Assembly: GCA_943355025.1 (NCBI GenBank) | Contig: CALRDW010000001.1 | Span: forward strand, 60,015-124,014 | Direction: 5' to 3' | Origin: Candidatus Magasanikiibacteriota bacterium | GTDB lineage: Bacteria; Patescibacteriota; Patescibacteriia; Magasanikbacterales; 2-02-FULL-50-9b | DNA: 64,000 nt | Part shown: one piece after another, positions 39,906-49,081 of the stretch | How positions within the stretch are numbered: position 1 is the first letter of the stretch | Layout of the letters: the number at the start of each line of letters is the position of its first letter | Notes under the pieces: generated by a model | What the model was told of the DNA's origin: nothing | What the model saw: only the letters and a program-made list of their open reading frames with translations | The model's database searches: none | Made by a program: the position numbers and the translations under genes

Positions 39906-40361
39906 ATGTATCTAACGCCCGACGACATCTTGAAAAAACTAAAGGATAACGCGCCACTTTCGCTTATCGTTCGGACAGCCGGTGAAATGCGCCTGAACAG
40001 CATCGTCGAGGAGCGCGGTGGGCTTGCGTGGAGCGGTTGGTCCATCCGTAAGGACGGTAAGAGCACAACGTCGTCGCTTACGCTTGGCAGCTACCGTAAC
40101 CACAGGATTCACGGGTACGACGTTGTTGTGCGTTACATGCTTCAGCGTGGCAATGCCTTGCCATATTTTGCGGCAGATATTGTCTGGAGTGCGGTCAAAA
40201 AAGAGTGGAGCCTGCGGACTGAAGGTTCGCGCAAGCTCAAGGGTCAGATGATTCTTGCGCGTCAACTGACGCCGTTTGAAGGACGGGGTTTGAGCGATTT
40301 TGCGGCGCGTGAGCAGCTCGTTACTGTGATGAGCTGGTTCCGCGACCGGAATCCACGGTAA
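39906..40361 (+). CDS. Hypothetical protein
   Basis: GGAGG SD before ATG 39906; promoter TTGATT-17-TAGTCT; followed by a terminator. Confidence 0.65.
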   Translation: MYLTPDDILKKLKDNAPLSLIVRTAGEMRLNSIVEERGGLAWSGWSIRKDGKSTTSSLTLGSYRNHRIHGYDVVVRYMLQRGNALPYFAADIVWSAVKKEWSLRTEGSRKLKGQMILARQLTPFEGRGLSDFAAREQLVTVMSWFRDRNPR

Positions 40362-40388
40362 CTGTTCGATGGTCTGATGGGTCACGTG

Positions 40389-40435
40389 TCGCCGCACTGG
40401 TGTTTGTTTCAAACATTGGTCGCGGCGATTTTTTT
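40389..40435 (+). terminator. Intrinsic terminator
   Basis: TCGCCGC-ACTGGTGTTTG...AAACATTGGT-CGCGGCGA then TTTTTTT. Confidence 0.75.
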
Positions 40436-40592
40436 AACAGAACTCCAAAGCTTCCAAATACCACAACACACCGGTTCAACCTATACTCAAAAGTAAAAAC
40501 TATTACTTCTCAGGGAGAGATAAACAGGAACTCCCGTCGAAGTAATATTTAATTCTTTGAGTATACGTTCATTCAAGTGTTATACTACTCTC

Positions 40593-41708
40593 ATGCTTCC
40601 TAATCCTTTTCAAAAATCATTACCAGAGTTTAAAGACACAGATCCTCTTAAGAACAGAGAGATTGTTCGGAGTCTTCTTGGAGAGCACGGTGTTCATCGC
40701 TATCGAAAGATTTTGAGTGGCAACACAGATTCGTCTAATAAAAGAGAGAAAAATGTTTCTCAGGAAGACCTCAAAGCTCTTGCTGCAGACGCGCGTTCTA
40801 AAATAGACACGCTCTCGCGAGATTCCTTCAAACTAATTTTCGAAAAACTCATCGAGAAAGGATATAAGTCTCAAATAAAATCTTTGCAAGAAATAAACTT
40901 TCTCGAAACCAAAGATGGAAAAATTGGACACGTAGATATTCTTGGAGTATTCAGAGAACTGCCTACAGAGGAAGCGATTAAAAATCATTTTTTATCTCTG
41001 CCAAACATCAGACAAAAAATTGCACAAGGATTCACGAGATTGCTCATTGTTCCATTTGGGTCATCGATTGAAAACTTATTATGCAAAACAGGGGAATTGA
41101 TACTTAAACACAGTGCTGTGAAGAAACTTCTAAGTGAAGATGGCACAGTGCTTTCGGTAGATATGGAAGAGCCAGCATATATGTTTGATGATTACCACGA
41201 AAGAGAAGACTCGTCTGAAATTGTCTATTATCCCACGAGCTTTGATCTGAATAACGAGGGGGGAAAAACAAAAGCAGAATTACTTTCGAAAGTGTCAAAA
41301 TATTCTCCGTTTCCCGGCTACCACGTTTTACTCATTTCTGAAGACACACAGTTGTCTCGGCTTCACGAAGGGGAGGAACAAGCTGGTAGAAGTCAATTAG
41401 AATCTAACATGTCATCAATTGAGTATCTTGGGCTCTTGAACTCCGATCCAGCATATGCTGGGGAATTTGGTTTAACCCCTGAAGATTGGTTGACTCTATT
41501 TTCGACTAAACTTAATCAAACCAACCGCGTGATCGGGGATTACGAGTCGGATCAAGATTGCATGAGTTTTTTAATTGGTAGCACCTTCTTAGCTGGCAAC
41601 GGTGTCCCTCTAGTGGTTTGGGACAGGACCCGAGGACGCGTTAATTTGACCACCCATAGTCCGTCATGTGCGGATTTAGAAATTTCAGCACATGTTGCAA
41701 TTGGATAA
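40593..41708 (+). CDS. Hypothetical protein with putative C-terminal C-type-lectin-like (DGR-target-like) domain
   Basis: LLIVPFG, GGKTK, EFGLTPEDW, VP...W.R...RV.L; visibly AT-richer codon usage than neighbours. Confidence 0.65.
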   Translation: MLPNPFQKSLPEFKDTDPLKNREIVRSLLGEHGVHRYRKILSGNTDSSNKREKNVSQEDLKALAADARSKIDTLSRDSFKLIFEKLIEKGYKSQIKSLQEINFLETKDGKIGHVDILGVFRELPTEEAIKNHFLSLPNIRQKIAQGFTRLLIVPFGSSIENLLCKTGELILKHSAVKKLLSEDGTVLSVDMEEPAYMFDDYHEREDSSEIVYYPTSFDLNNEGGKTKAELLSKVSKYSPFPGYHVLLISEDTQLSRLHEGEEQAGRSQLESNMSSIEYLGLLNSDPAYAGEFGLTPEDWLTLFSTKLNQTNRVIGDYESDQDCMSFLIGSTFLAGNGVPLVVWDRTRGRVNLTTHSPSCADLEISAHVAIG

Positions 41709-41750
41709 TTATTGTTGACGAAGAATGCCCTGCGCTGCTACGATAAACGC

Positions 41751-44705
41751 ATGAAAATTTTAGATGGACTCACGGAGGAACAACAAAATGCAGTTACGCA
41801 TGCACAGGGGCCGCTGATTATTATTGCGGGTGCGGGAACGGGGAAAACTAAAGTTATTACAACGCGCATTGCGTGGCTTATTGAGCAGAAGCTTGCGAAG
41901 CCGAGCGAAATTGTTGCACTTACATTTACTGAAAAGGCGGCGAATGAAATGTCGGATCGATTGGAGACGCTCGTTGGCCATCATGCAATTGAAATTTCAA
42001 CAACAACGTTTCATGGATTTTGTCAGCAGATAATCGGGCGATACGGTTTAGAAATTGGGATTACACCAGGCGCGCCACTCTTAAATGAAATTCAATTGTG
42101 GTTACTCCTCACGCGCGAATTTGATCGGCTTAATTTAAAACATTACAAACCGCATGGAAATCCAACAAAATTTTTGCGCAGCATTATTAAACACATTGCG
42201 CGTGCGAAGGATGAAAATATTACCGTAGAACAGTACGCGGCATACGCAGAAAAAATTCGGCTTGACGCCGGAGAAATTGATGGGCCGGAGAGCGAGGAGG
42301 TTCGGCGCGTTTCGGAACTCGCAGAGTGCTATCGCGTATATCAGGAATTATTACTCGAGCGCGGTGTAATGGATTTCGGTGATTTATTATTATACGCAAA
42401 TCAAATTCTTGTTCAGCGTCCATCAGTGCGCGCGAAAATGCAGCAGCGAATTAAATATGTTGTTGTCGATGAATTTCAGGATACGAACATGGCGCAGTAT
42501 GATTTAGTTCGAGCGCTGCTTGGGCCTGAACAAAATATTACAGTTGTTGGCGATGACGATCAGGCGATTTATAAATTTCGTGGCGCGAGTGTTGATAATA
42601 TTTTGCAATTCCGTGCACATTTTCCAACACGCGCAGAAGTATTTCTTACAAAAAATTATCGATCGAAACAAGAAATTCTCGACGCGTCATATGCGCTTAT
42701 TCAGAGAAACAATCCCTATCGCCTTGAGTCAGATGAACTGGGCGTTTCGAGTGGCGCAAAAAAATTAACAGCCGCGCGCGGCGATGGGGCCGTTGTTACG
42801 GCGCGATCATTTGCAACTGGTATCAAAGAGGCAAAGTGGATTGCGACGGACATCGAGCGTGCGATTATAGGTGGCGCCGCGCCACGCGCTATTGCTGTTT
42901 TGACGCGAGGAGCATCACACATTGAAGAGGTGGCGGGCGAGCTGCGCCGGCGCGGTATTCCGTATGTGATTGCGCAAACCGAAGGCTTACTTAAAACAAG
43001 CGCGGCACTTGATCTCATGTCGCTGCTACGTGCGGCACTTGAGCGGTATAATACGAATGCGTGGTATCACGTAAGCATTTCGCGCATTTCGCATATTTCA
43101 CCGCACGACCTTGTCGAGTGCATCGCGTATGCGCGTAGAAAAAACATTTCTCTTGCGCGTGTACTTCATGGCGAATATCCATCCGAACTTTCTGATGATG
43201 GAAACGCTGCGATAAAAGATTTGATAGCGCGTCTTAAACTTACGCCTGAAATTTTGCATACAAACAAAGCAAGCACAATTTTATATAGTGTGCTTGAAGC
43301 AACAGATTATTTTAGGGCGCTTGTGCGTTCAATTGAGTCTGGCGACACTGCTGCGATGCAAGACATGACGCTTGTTAATAGTTTTTTGGAATTTATTGCG
43401 GAGTGGGAGGCTCAGCATCCGCGTGCAACGCCGTATGATTTTCTTGCGGACTGCGATCGGCTGCTTGAGTTTGGAGAGGAGGCGGGGCAGGCAGGTGCGC
43501 TGATTGATGTTGATGCTGTGCAGATGCTCACAATTCATTCAGCAAAGGGTTTGGAATTTTCTCGCGTGTATGTTGTCTCGGCTGTTGAGCAACGATTACC
43601 AAGCACTGAACGGCGCGAGGGAATCGAACTTCCCGACGCACTCGTTCGTGAACATTCAATTCCCGACGATCACCACACACAAGAAGAACGACGTCTTGCG
43701 TACGTTGCGTTTACACGCGCACAAGATGTGTTAACGATTTCATACGCTGAAAAATATGGCGGCAGTGAAACAGCACGCCGACGCAAACCATCGAGATTTA
43801 TTTCTGAGGCAGGCATCGAAATTATTCCAGCGACTGAAGAATTGACTGAAGAGGTTTCTGAAACACCGCCGAATCTTGCTATGGGAGTTACTTTTTTTGA
43901 GGGTGCGATAGCTCCAAGAGAAAAGGCGCCCCTTAGTTTTTCTCAATTACAAATGTTTGAAAAATGTCCCTATCAATATTGGTTTGCGCACGTACTTCGT
44001 CTGCCGAGACAGGCGAAGTGGTCAATGAGTTTTGGGAAATCGATTCATTCAGCGCTTCAAAAGTGGTATGAGCTTCTCAAAGAAGAGGATGGTGCAGAGC
44101 AGGTAGCGCTTTTTGAGACCAACGCATCACATGTTGTAAAAAAAGTTCCGGAGGTCGCAAAACTTTTGGAGCTTTTAACACACGCATGGATTAACGAAGG
44201 ATATCCATCGGAAAAATTTCACGATGAAAAATTTGCCGACGCAGAAAAAATGCTCCGTCTTTATTATCGTCAGAATGAACACTCGTGGAACATTCCGGCG
44301 CACATTGAAAAAAAGTTTCGTGTTATCATCGGCGGAGAAACACTCGAAGGGTCGATTGATCGCATTGATATAAACTCCGATGGATCCATAGAAATTATCG
44401 ATTACAAAACGAGCGCTCCGAAAACGTCAGACGACCTGAAGTTTCAAGATAAGGAACAGCTTTTAATTTATCAGATTGCGGCTGAGCGCGACTTGGAATT
44501 TCGGCCAACGCTACTTTCATACTATTATGTGCAAGATGGCACACGCGCGACATTTTCTGCAAAAGCAAAAGATCTCGAAAAGATAGAAACATTTGTTGCT
44601 GAAACAGGCGCGCGGATTCGTGAGGGAAAATTCGAGGCAAAACCTTCGTCGTTTACGTGTGCACAATGCGATTTTAAAGATATTTGCGAGTATCGGGATC
44701 TTTAG
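41751..44705 (+). CDS. UvrD/PcrA-like SF1 helicase fused to a C-terminal PD-(D/E)XK nuclease with Fe-S cysteines
   Basis: AGAGTGKT, VDEFQD, GDDDQAIY.FRG, TIHSAKGLEF, GSIDRID, IIDYKT, CP...CAQCDFKDIC. Confidence 0.92.
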   Translation: MKILDGLTEEQQNAVTHAQGPLIIIAGAGTGKTKVITTRIAWLIEQKLAKPSEIVALTFTEKAANEMSDRLETLVGHHAIEISTTTFHGFCQQIIGRYGLEIGITPGAPLLNEIQLWLLLTREFDRLNLKHYKPHGNPTKFLRSIIKHIARAKDENITVEQYAAYAEKIRLDAGEIDGPESEEVRRVSELAECYRVYQELLLERGVMDFGDLLLYANQILVQRPSVRAKMQQRIKYVVVDEFQDTNMAQYDLVRALLGPEQNITVVGDDDQAIYKFRGASVDNILQFRAHFPTRAEVFLTKNYRSKQEILDASYALIQRNNPYRLESDELGVSSGAKKLTAARGDGAVVTARSFATGIKEAKWIATDIERAIIGGAAPRAIAVLTRGASHIEEVAGELRRRGIPYVIAQTEGLLKTSAALDLMSLLRAALERYNTNAWYHVSISRISHISPHDLVECIAYARRKNISLARVLHGEYPSELSDDGNAAIKDLIARLKLTPEILHTNKASTILYSVLEATDYFRALVRSIESGDTAAMQDMTLVNSFLEFIAEWEAQHPRATPYDFLADCDRLLEFGEEAGQAGALIDVDAVQMLTIHSAKGLEFSRVYVVSAVEQRLPSTERREGIELPDALVREHSIPDDHHTQEERRLAYVAFTRAQDVLTISYAEKYGGSETARRRKPSRFISEAGIEIIPATEELTEEVSETPPNLAMGVTFFEGAIAPREKAPLSFSQLQMFEKCPYQYWFAHVLRLPRQAKWSMSFGKSIHSALQKWYELLKEEDGAEQVALFETNASHVVKKVPEVAKLLELLTHAWINEGYPSEKFHDEKFADAEKMLRLYYRQNEHSWNIPAHIEKKFRVIIGGETLEGSIDRIDINSDGSIEIIDYKTSAPKTSDDLKFQDKEQLLIYQIAAERDLEFRPTLLSYYYVQDGTRATFSAKAKDLEKIETFVAETGARIREGKFEAKPSSFTCAQCDFKDICEYRDL

Positions 44706-44751
44706 TATTTTTGCGCTTGCCAAGCAAAGGGTTTTCTGGGAGAATACGGTC

Positions 44752-45039
44752 ATGGACGATCTGAAAGACATTCTTAAAGGCCGTGTGCAACACGCTGGGG
44801 TAACCGCATCGGTGACAGCGGCGCTTGTTGTTGAGTCTGCACAGAAAGTTTTCGATGATTTTTTCGGTCTGACACCGCAGCTCATTCGAGTTTTATATCT
44901 TAAAAATAGAACGCTCACAGTCGCGGTTAATGGCGCACCGGTCGCGCAAGAAGTAAAACGAAATGAGAAAACATTGCTTGAACAGCTTCGTGCAGCAACA
45001 AAAGATGAGCAAATAGAACGTATTCGTTATTTATTATAA
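44752..45039 (+). CDS. DciA/DUF721-like protein
   Basis: LKDIL N-terminus, LKNRTLTV...AQE, IERIRY C-terminus. Confidence 0.72.
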   Translation: MDDLKDILKGRVQHAGVTASVTAALVVESAQKVFDDFFGLTPQLIRVLYLKNRTLTVAVNGAPVAQEVKRNEKTLLEQLRAATKDEQIERIRYLL

Positions 45040-45050
45040 GCGTGTTTGCT

Positions 45051-45437
45051 ATGTCGCTTCGGGGTTTTTTAATCATCATTGGTATAACAGATCTCTTAGC
45101 GTGGTGCGCGTGGGGCACCGTGCTTTTTGCGACGTCGCCCGAATCCGGCTTTCCGATTTTATTTGTTTTTTACGCGAGTCTTTTGCTTGCGCTCCTCGGA
45201 TTGTGCGCGATTATTGGTTTTTGTATTCGTGTATATGTCTTCAAGCGTGATGAGTTAGTAAGTTTGTACGTAAAACGAACGTTTCGCCAGGGCTTTCTAC
45301 TCTCGCTACTTCTTGTTGTATGCCTCATGCTTGCACATGCGGGGCTGCTTCGTTCATGGGTTGTCCTAATTGTAGTAGCAATAATTGGTTTTGGAGAGCA
45401 CCTTTTTCTGTCCGGTGAGCACGCAGCCCGCAATTAA
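45051..45437 (+). CDS. Hypothetical 4-TM membrane protein
   Basis: Four hydrophobic segments, FRQG motif. Confidence 0.75.
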   Translation: MSLRGFLIIIGITDLLAWCAWGTVLFATSPESGFPILFVFYASLLLALLGLCAIIGFCIRVYVFKRDELVSLYVKRTFRQGFLLSLLLVVCLMLAHAGLLRSWVVLIVVAIIGFGEHLFLSGEHAARN

Positions 45438-45450
45438 TCCAGATGCATGT

Positions 45451-46698
45451 ATGAAATTTACCCAGCAAGTAACTAAAACAAGCAAGGAGGTGCCACACGG
45501 CGAAGTTAGTCGAAACGCAGAACTACTTATACGCGCTGGTTTTATTGATAAAACAATGGCGGGAGTGTACACGATGCTTCCGATGGGGCTCAAGGTGCTG
45601 ACAAAAATCAACACGATCGTTCGTGAGGAAATGAATGCTCTTGGAGCCGAAGAAATTTTGATGCCCGCGCTGCAACCAAAAGAATTTTGGGAGACAACAG
45701 GGCGCTGGGATTATATGGATGTGCTCTACCGTGTACATTCAGCGGATGGTTCACATGAATTTGGTCTTGGACCAACACATGAAGAGGTTGTAACGCCGCT
45801 CATGAAGCGCTTTATTTTATCGTATCGTGACGTGCCAAAAGCGGTTTACCAGATTCAGACGAAATTTCGCTATGAGCCACGCGCTAAATCAGGGATTTTG
45901 CGCGGCCGCGAATTTTGCATGAAAGATTTATATAGCTTTCATCTGACTGAGGCGGACATGCAGGAATTTTATGAGCGTGCGTCGGTTGCTTATTTTCGCG
46001 TATTTTCCCGCGTCGGTCTCTCTGCACTTCGCGTACATGCGTCCGGCGGCGCGTTTTCTAAATTCTCAGATGAATTCCAAGTGATTGCGAAAAATGGCGA
46101 AGATACTATTTTGTATTGCGACTGTGGCTTTGCGGAAAATTCAGAGATTGCTGAGGTAAAGGCGGGTGACACGTGTCCAAAGTGTGCATCGCGACAAGTC
46201 CGTGCCGAACAATCAATTGAGGTTGGAAATATTTTTTCTCTGAACACTCGATTTTCTGAGCCGTTTAAATTTTCGATTCAAGATCAGGCGGGGATTCCGA
46301 CGCATGTGCTCATGGGTTGTTATGGGATTGGATGCTCGCGTTTGATGGGAACGGTTGCGGAGGTGTTGTCTGACGAGAAGGGTCTCATCTGGCCAGACGC
46401 AATCGCGCCGTATCGTATCCATCTCGTTCAGCTCGGAAATGATGCCGGCGTTGTTGCAGCAGCGAATGATGTGTATGTTCAACTCCAATCAAATGGCGTG
46501 AGTGTCCTTTTCGACGATCGTGAGGACGTTGGTGCGGGTCAGAAATTTGCAGACGCAGATTTAATCGGTTGTCCACGGCGCGTTGTAATTTCAGCAAAAA
46601 CAATTCAAGCAGCAGCTGTTGAAGTTAAGCATCGCGCGTCCGGGGAAACCCAACTCATTCCGGTAAATGAGTTTTTGGACAGTGTGATGTATGTTTAA
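45451..46698 (+). CDS. proS: Proline--tRNA ligase (short, no editing insertion)
   Basis: LLIRAGFI, LGPTHEE, QIQTKFR.EPR, MGCYGIG..R. Confidence 0.95.
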   Translation: MKFTQQVTKTSKEVPHGEVSRNAELLIRAGFIDKTMAGVYTMLPMGLKVLTKINTIVREEMNALGAEEILMPALQPKEFWETTGRWDYMDVLYRVHSADGSHEFGLGPTHEEVVTPLMKRFILSYRDVPKAVYQIQTKFRYEPRAKSGILRGREFCMKDLYSFHLTEADMQEFYERASVAYFRVFSRVGLSALRVHASGGAFSKFSDEFQVIAKNGEDTILYCDCGFAENSEIAEVKAGDTCPKCASRQVRAEQSIEVGNIFSLNTRFSEPFKFSIQDQAGIPTHVLMGCYGIGCSRLMGTVAEVLSDEKGLIWPDAIAPYRIHLVQLGNDAGVVAAANDVYVQLQSNGVSVLFDDREDVGAGQKFADADLIGCPRRVVISAKTIQAAAVEVKHRASGETQLIPVNEFLDSVMYV

Positions 46699-47746
46699 GA
46701 GATTTTTTGGACGATTTAGTAAAGACGTCGGACTTGACCTCGGCTCGGCGCACACGCGTGTGTATGTGCGCGACAAAGGTATTGTTGTTGATGAACCGTC
46801 TGTTGTCGCGCTTAATATTAAAACAGATCAGATTATTTCGGTGGGGCACACGGCGCGCGACATGATTGGAAAAACGCCGGCCCATATTTTGACGTCACGC
46901 CCTTTGAATCATGGAATTATTTCAGATTATGAGGTTGCGGAGAAAATGATCAAATATTTTATTGATAAAATCCACGAAGATGGGGTAAATTTGGTCGCGC
47001 GTCCGCGAATTGTTATTGGAGCACCACTTGAAATAACTGAAGTTGAGCGCAAAGCAATCGAGGATGCGTCATATGCTGCAGGCGCCAGCGTCGTTCATGT
47101 TATCGAGGCGCCAATGGCCGCAGCATTTGGCGTTCGACTTCCCGTTGAAGAGGCCATCGGTACTATGATTGTTTCAGTCGGCGCGGGAATAACAGAAATC
47201 GCGGTCATTTCTCTGGGTGGAATCGTAACCTGGCGTTCATTACCGATCGCAGGCGATGAAATGGATCATAACGTTGTGCAGTATTGTCGCGAAGCATTTA
47301 ATTTGCTTATTGGTGATCGACAAGCGGAGCTTGTAAAAATTAAATTGGGCTCAGCTGAGCCATTGGATGCGGCAGAACAGATGTCCGTGCGTGGTCGTGA
47401 TTTAATAACTGGTCTGCCAAGAGAGGTGATGATTACCGATAGTCAGGTCCGCGAAGCAATTCATCGTTCAATCAAAGCAATTATTGATTCGGTCAAGGCA
47501 GCGCTTGAGGTAACACCTCCAGAGCTTGTCGCAGACATTCACGAGCGTGGAATAGTTATGGTTGGTGGAGGATCGCAGCTGCGCGGACTCGATCGTGCAA
47601 TTGCAAAAGCAGCGGAGATTCCTGTGCGCGTTGCCGATGATCCAACGACGGCAGTTGTTCGAGGAACGGGACTTTTACTTGAACACCCAGCAGTTCTTAA
47701 AGAGGTTGAACTGCCGTCAGCGCGTGTTCAGGACAAAGTTGGTTAA
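46691..47746 (+). CDS. mreB: Rod shape-determining protein MreB
   Basis: GLDLGS, EPSVVA, TEVERKA, GRDLITGLP, TPPELVADI. Confidence 0.95.
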   Translation: MFKRFFGRFSKDVGLDLGSAHTRVYVRDKGIVVDEPSVVALNIKTDQIISVGHTARDMIGKTPAHILTSRPLNHGIISDYEVAEKMIKYFIDKIHEDGVNLVARPRIVIGAPLEITEVERKAIEDASYAAGASVVHVIEAPMAAAFGVRLPVEEAIGTMIVSVGAGITEIAVISLGGIVTWRSLPIAGDEMDHNVVQYCREAFNLLIGDRQAELVKIKLGSAEPLDAAEQMSVRGRDLITGLPREVMITDSQVREAIHRSIKAIIDSVKAALEVTPPELVADIHERGIVMVGGGSQLRGLDRAIAKAAEIPVRVADDPTTAVVRGTGLLLEHPAVLKEVELPSARVQDKVG

Positions 47747-47751
47747 CGCAT

Positions 47752-48543
47752 ATGCGCTTTAAGTCGCGCAAACAATTATATTGGTACTCAGGATTTGTCG
47801 CGGTACTTGTTGTGCTGCACATGTTTGGTATTCTCGCCTCATGTGGGCGTTTGGTACGTGGATTGGTTGACCCTTTTGTACACAACACATATCGAACCTC
47901 TCAAAATTTTCGTTTTTTTGGGCATACGTGGGGCATGAAGCCGATTAGTCAATCAGATCTTGAGACCCTTGAACATGAGCGCGATATTCTCAAAACACGC
48001 GTTGCGCTTGTTGAATCGGAAAATACAACACTCCGTCGGCAGCTCAGCTATCCAGATCGGAATAAATGGAAAATAATTGGCGCCGAAGTAATTGCAAAAA
48101 CGAGCGGCAGTTCCGAGCAAGCGCTTATCATAAATCGGGGATTGGGTGATGGTCTTGTGGCGGGGCAAGTAGTGTTTACTGACCAAGGTGTTCTTATCGG
48201 CTCTGTGCGGCTAGTTGAGCAAACACGTTCGTTCATTCAACTGCTCAACGATCCACAAAGCCGTATTGGTGCTTTGCATGTAACAAATTCACATCCAATC
48301 GGAATTATCGCTGGCGGATATGGGCTTGGAGTTCAGTTGACACTCATACCACCCGAAGAGGTCGTTGCTGTCGGCGATTTAATTGTGAGTAATGATGTAA
48401 CGGAGCAGATGCCACGCGGGTTACTCATCGGAAAAATAACTTCTGTTGGCCGCGAAACGTATGAACCATTCCAGCATGCCCTGATTGAGCCGACAATTCC
48501 GTTCGACCAGGTCAAAACCGTGACAATTATTATTAGTAAATAA
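47752..48543 (+). CDS. mreC: Rod shape-determining protein MreC
   Basis: N-terminal TM, EN..LR..L coil, INRG..DG, P.GL.IG; after mreB. Confidence 0.88.
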   Translation: MRFKSRKQLYWYSGFVAVLVVLHMFGILASCGRLVRGLVDPFVHNTYRTSQNFRFFGHTWGMKPISQSDLETLEHERDILKTRVALVESENTTLRRQLSYPDRNKWKIIGAEVIAKTSGSSEQALIINRGLGDGLVAGQVVFTDQGVLIGSVRLVEQTRSFIQLLNDPQSRIGALHVTNSHPIGIIAGGYGLGVQLTLIPPEEVVAVGDLIVSNDVTEQMPRGLLIGKITSVGRETYEPFQHALIEPTIPFDQVKTVTIIISK

Positions 48544-48544
48544 T

Positions 48545-49081
48545 ATGGGTTTTCTTCGCGCGTTGCTCGCACTCTGTATCGGTGTTGCTATCGGTGTTTT
48601 TTATGTTGGCGTAATTATCGTATTTCCATTTCCATTTTCAGCTCTCCCATTATTCTCAATTTTACTTTCGCTCAGTCTCGTCATGCGCGTGCGCGCAAGC
48701 ATGTTTTGGGTTCTGCTTGTCGCGGTCAGCATTGCGGATTTGTATGCAACCGGTGCATTTGGCGTTGGAATTTTGAGCTTCGTCTTCATTACACTGCTCG
48801 GAGTTCATGTTTCTAGTGATGTGATTACACACAGATCTGCTGTCGGATGCTTTGTTATTTCATTCGTTGTTGGAGCAACGTGGGTGATTTCGACGGAAGT
48901 GCTTGGTGGCTTTGCGGCTTGGTGGCATTTTCACGTGAACATTGTTTCAATCGTGCATATTATTTTGACTGCGTTGGCTCAAGGCCTCTTTACGGCTTTC
49001 GTTTGTACCGTTCTTTATGTGTTTTTGCCGCATTGGTGGCGTGATCGTTCACCGATCACGGTAAATTATCGTGCAGTATGA
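48545..49081 (+). CDS. mreD: MreD-like membrane protein
   Basis: Five TMs; located between mreC and mrdA. Confidence 0.65.
   Translation: MGFLRALLALCIGVAIGVFYVGVIIVFPFPFSALPLFSILLSLSLVMRVRASMFWVLLVAVSIADLYATGAFGVGILSFVFITLLGVHVSSDVITHRSAVGCFVISFVVGATWVISTEVLGGFAAWWHFHVNIVSIVHIILTALAQGLFTAFVCTVLYVFLPHWWRDRSPITVNYRAV

Noticed and set aside
41751-44705. Helicase-nuclease fusion as a novel defence system
   Set aside because: UvrD + PD-(D/E)XK + Fe-S matches known AdnAB/AddAB-like repair enzymes and sits among housekeeping genes
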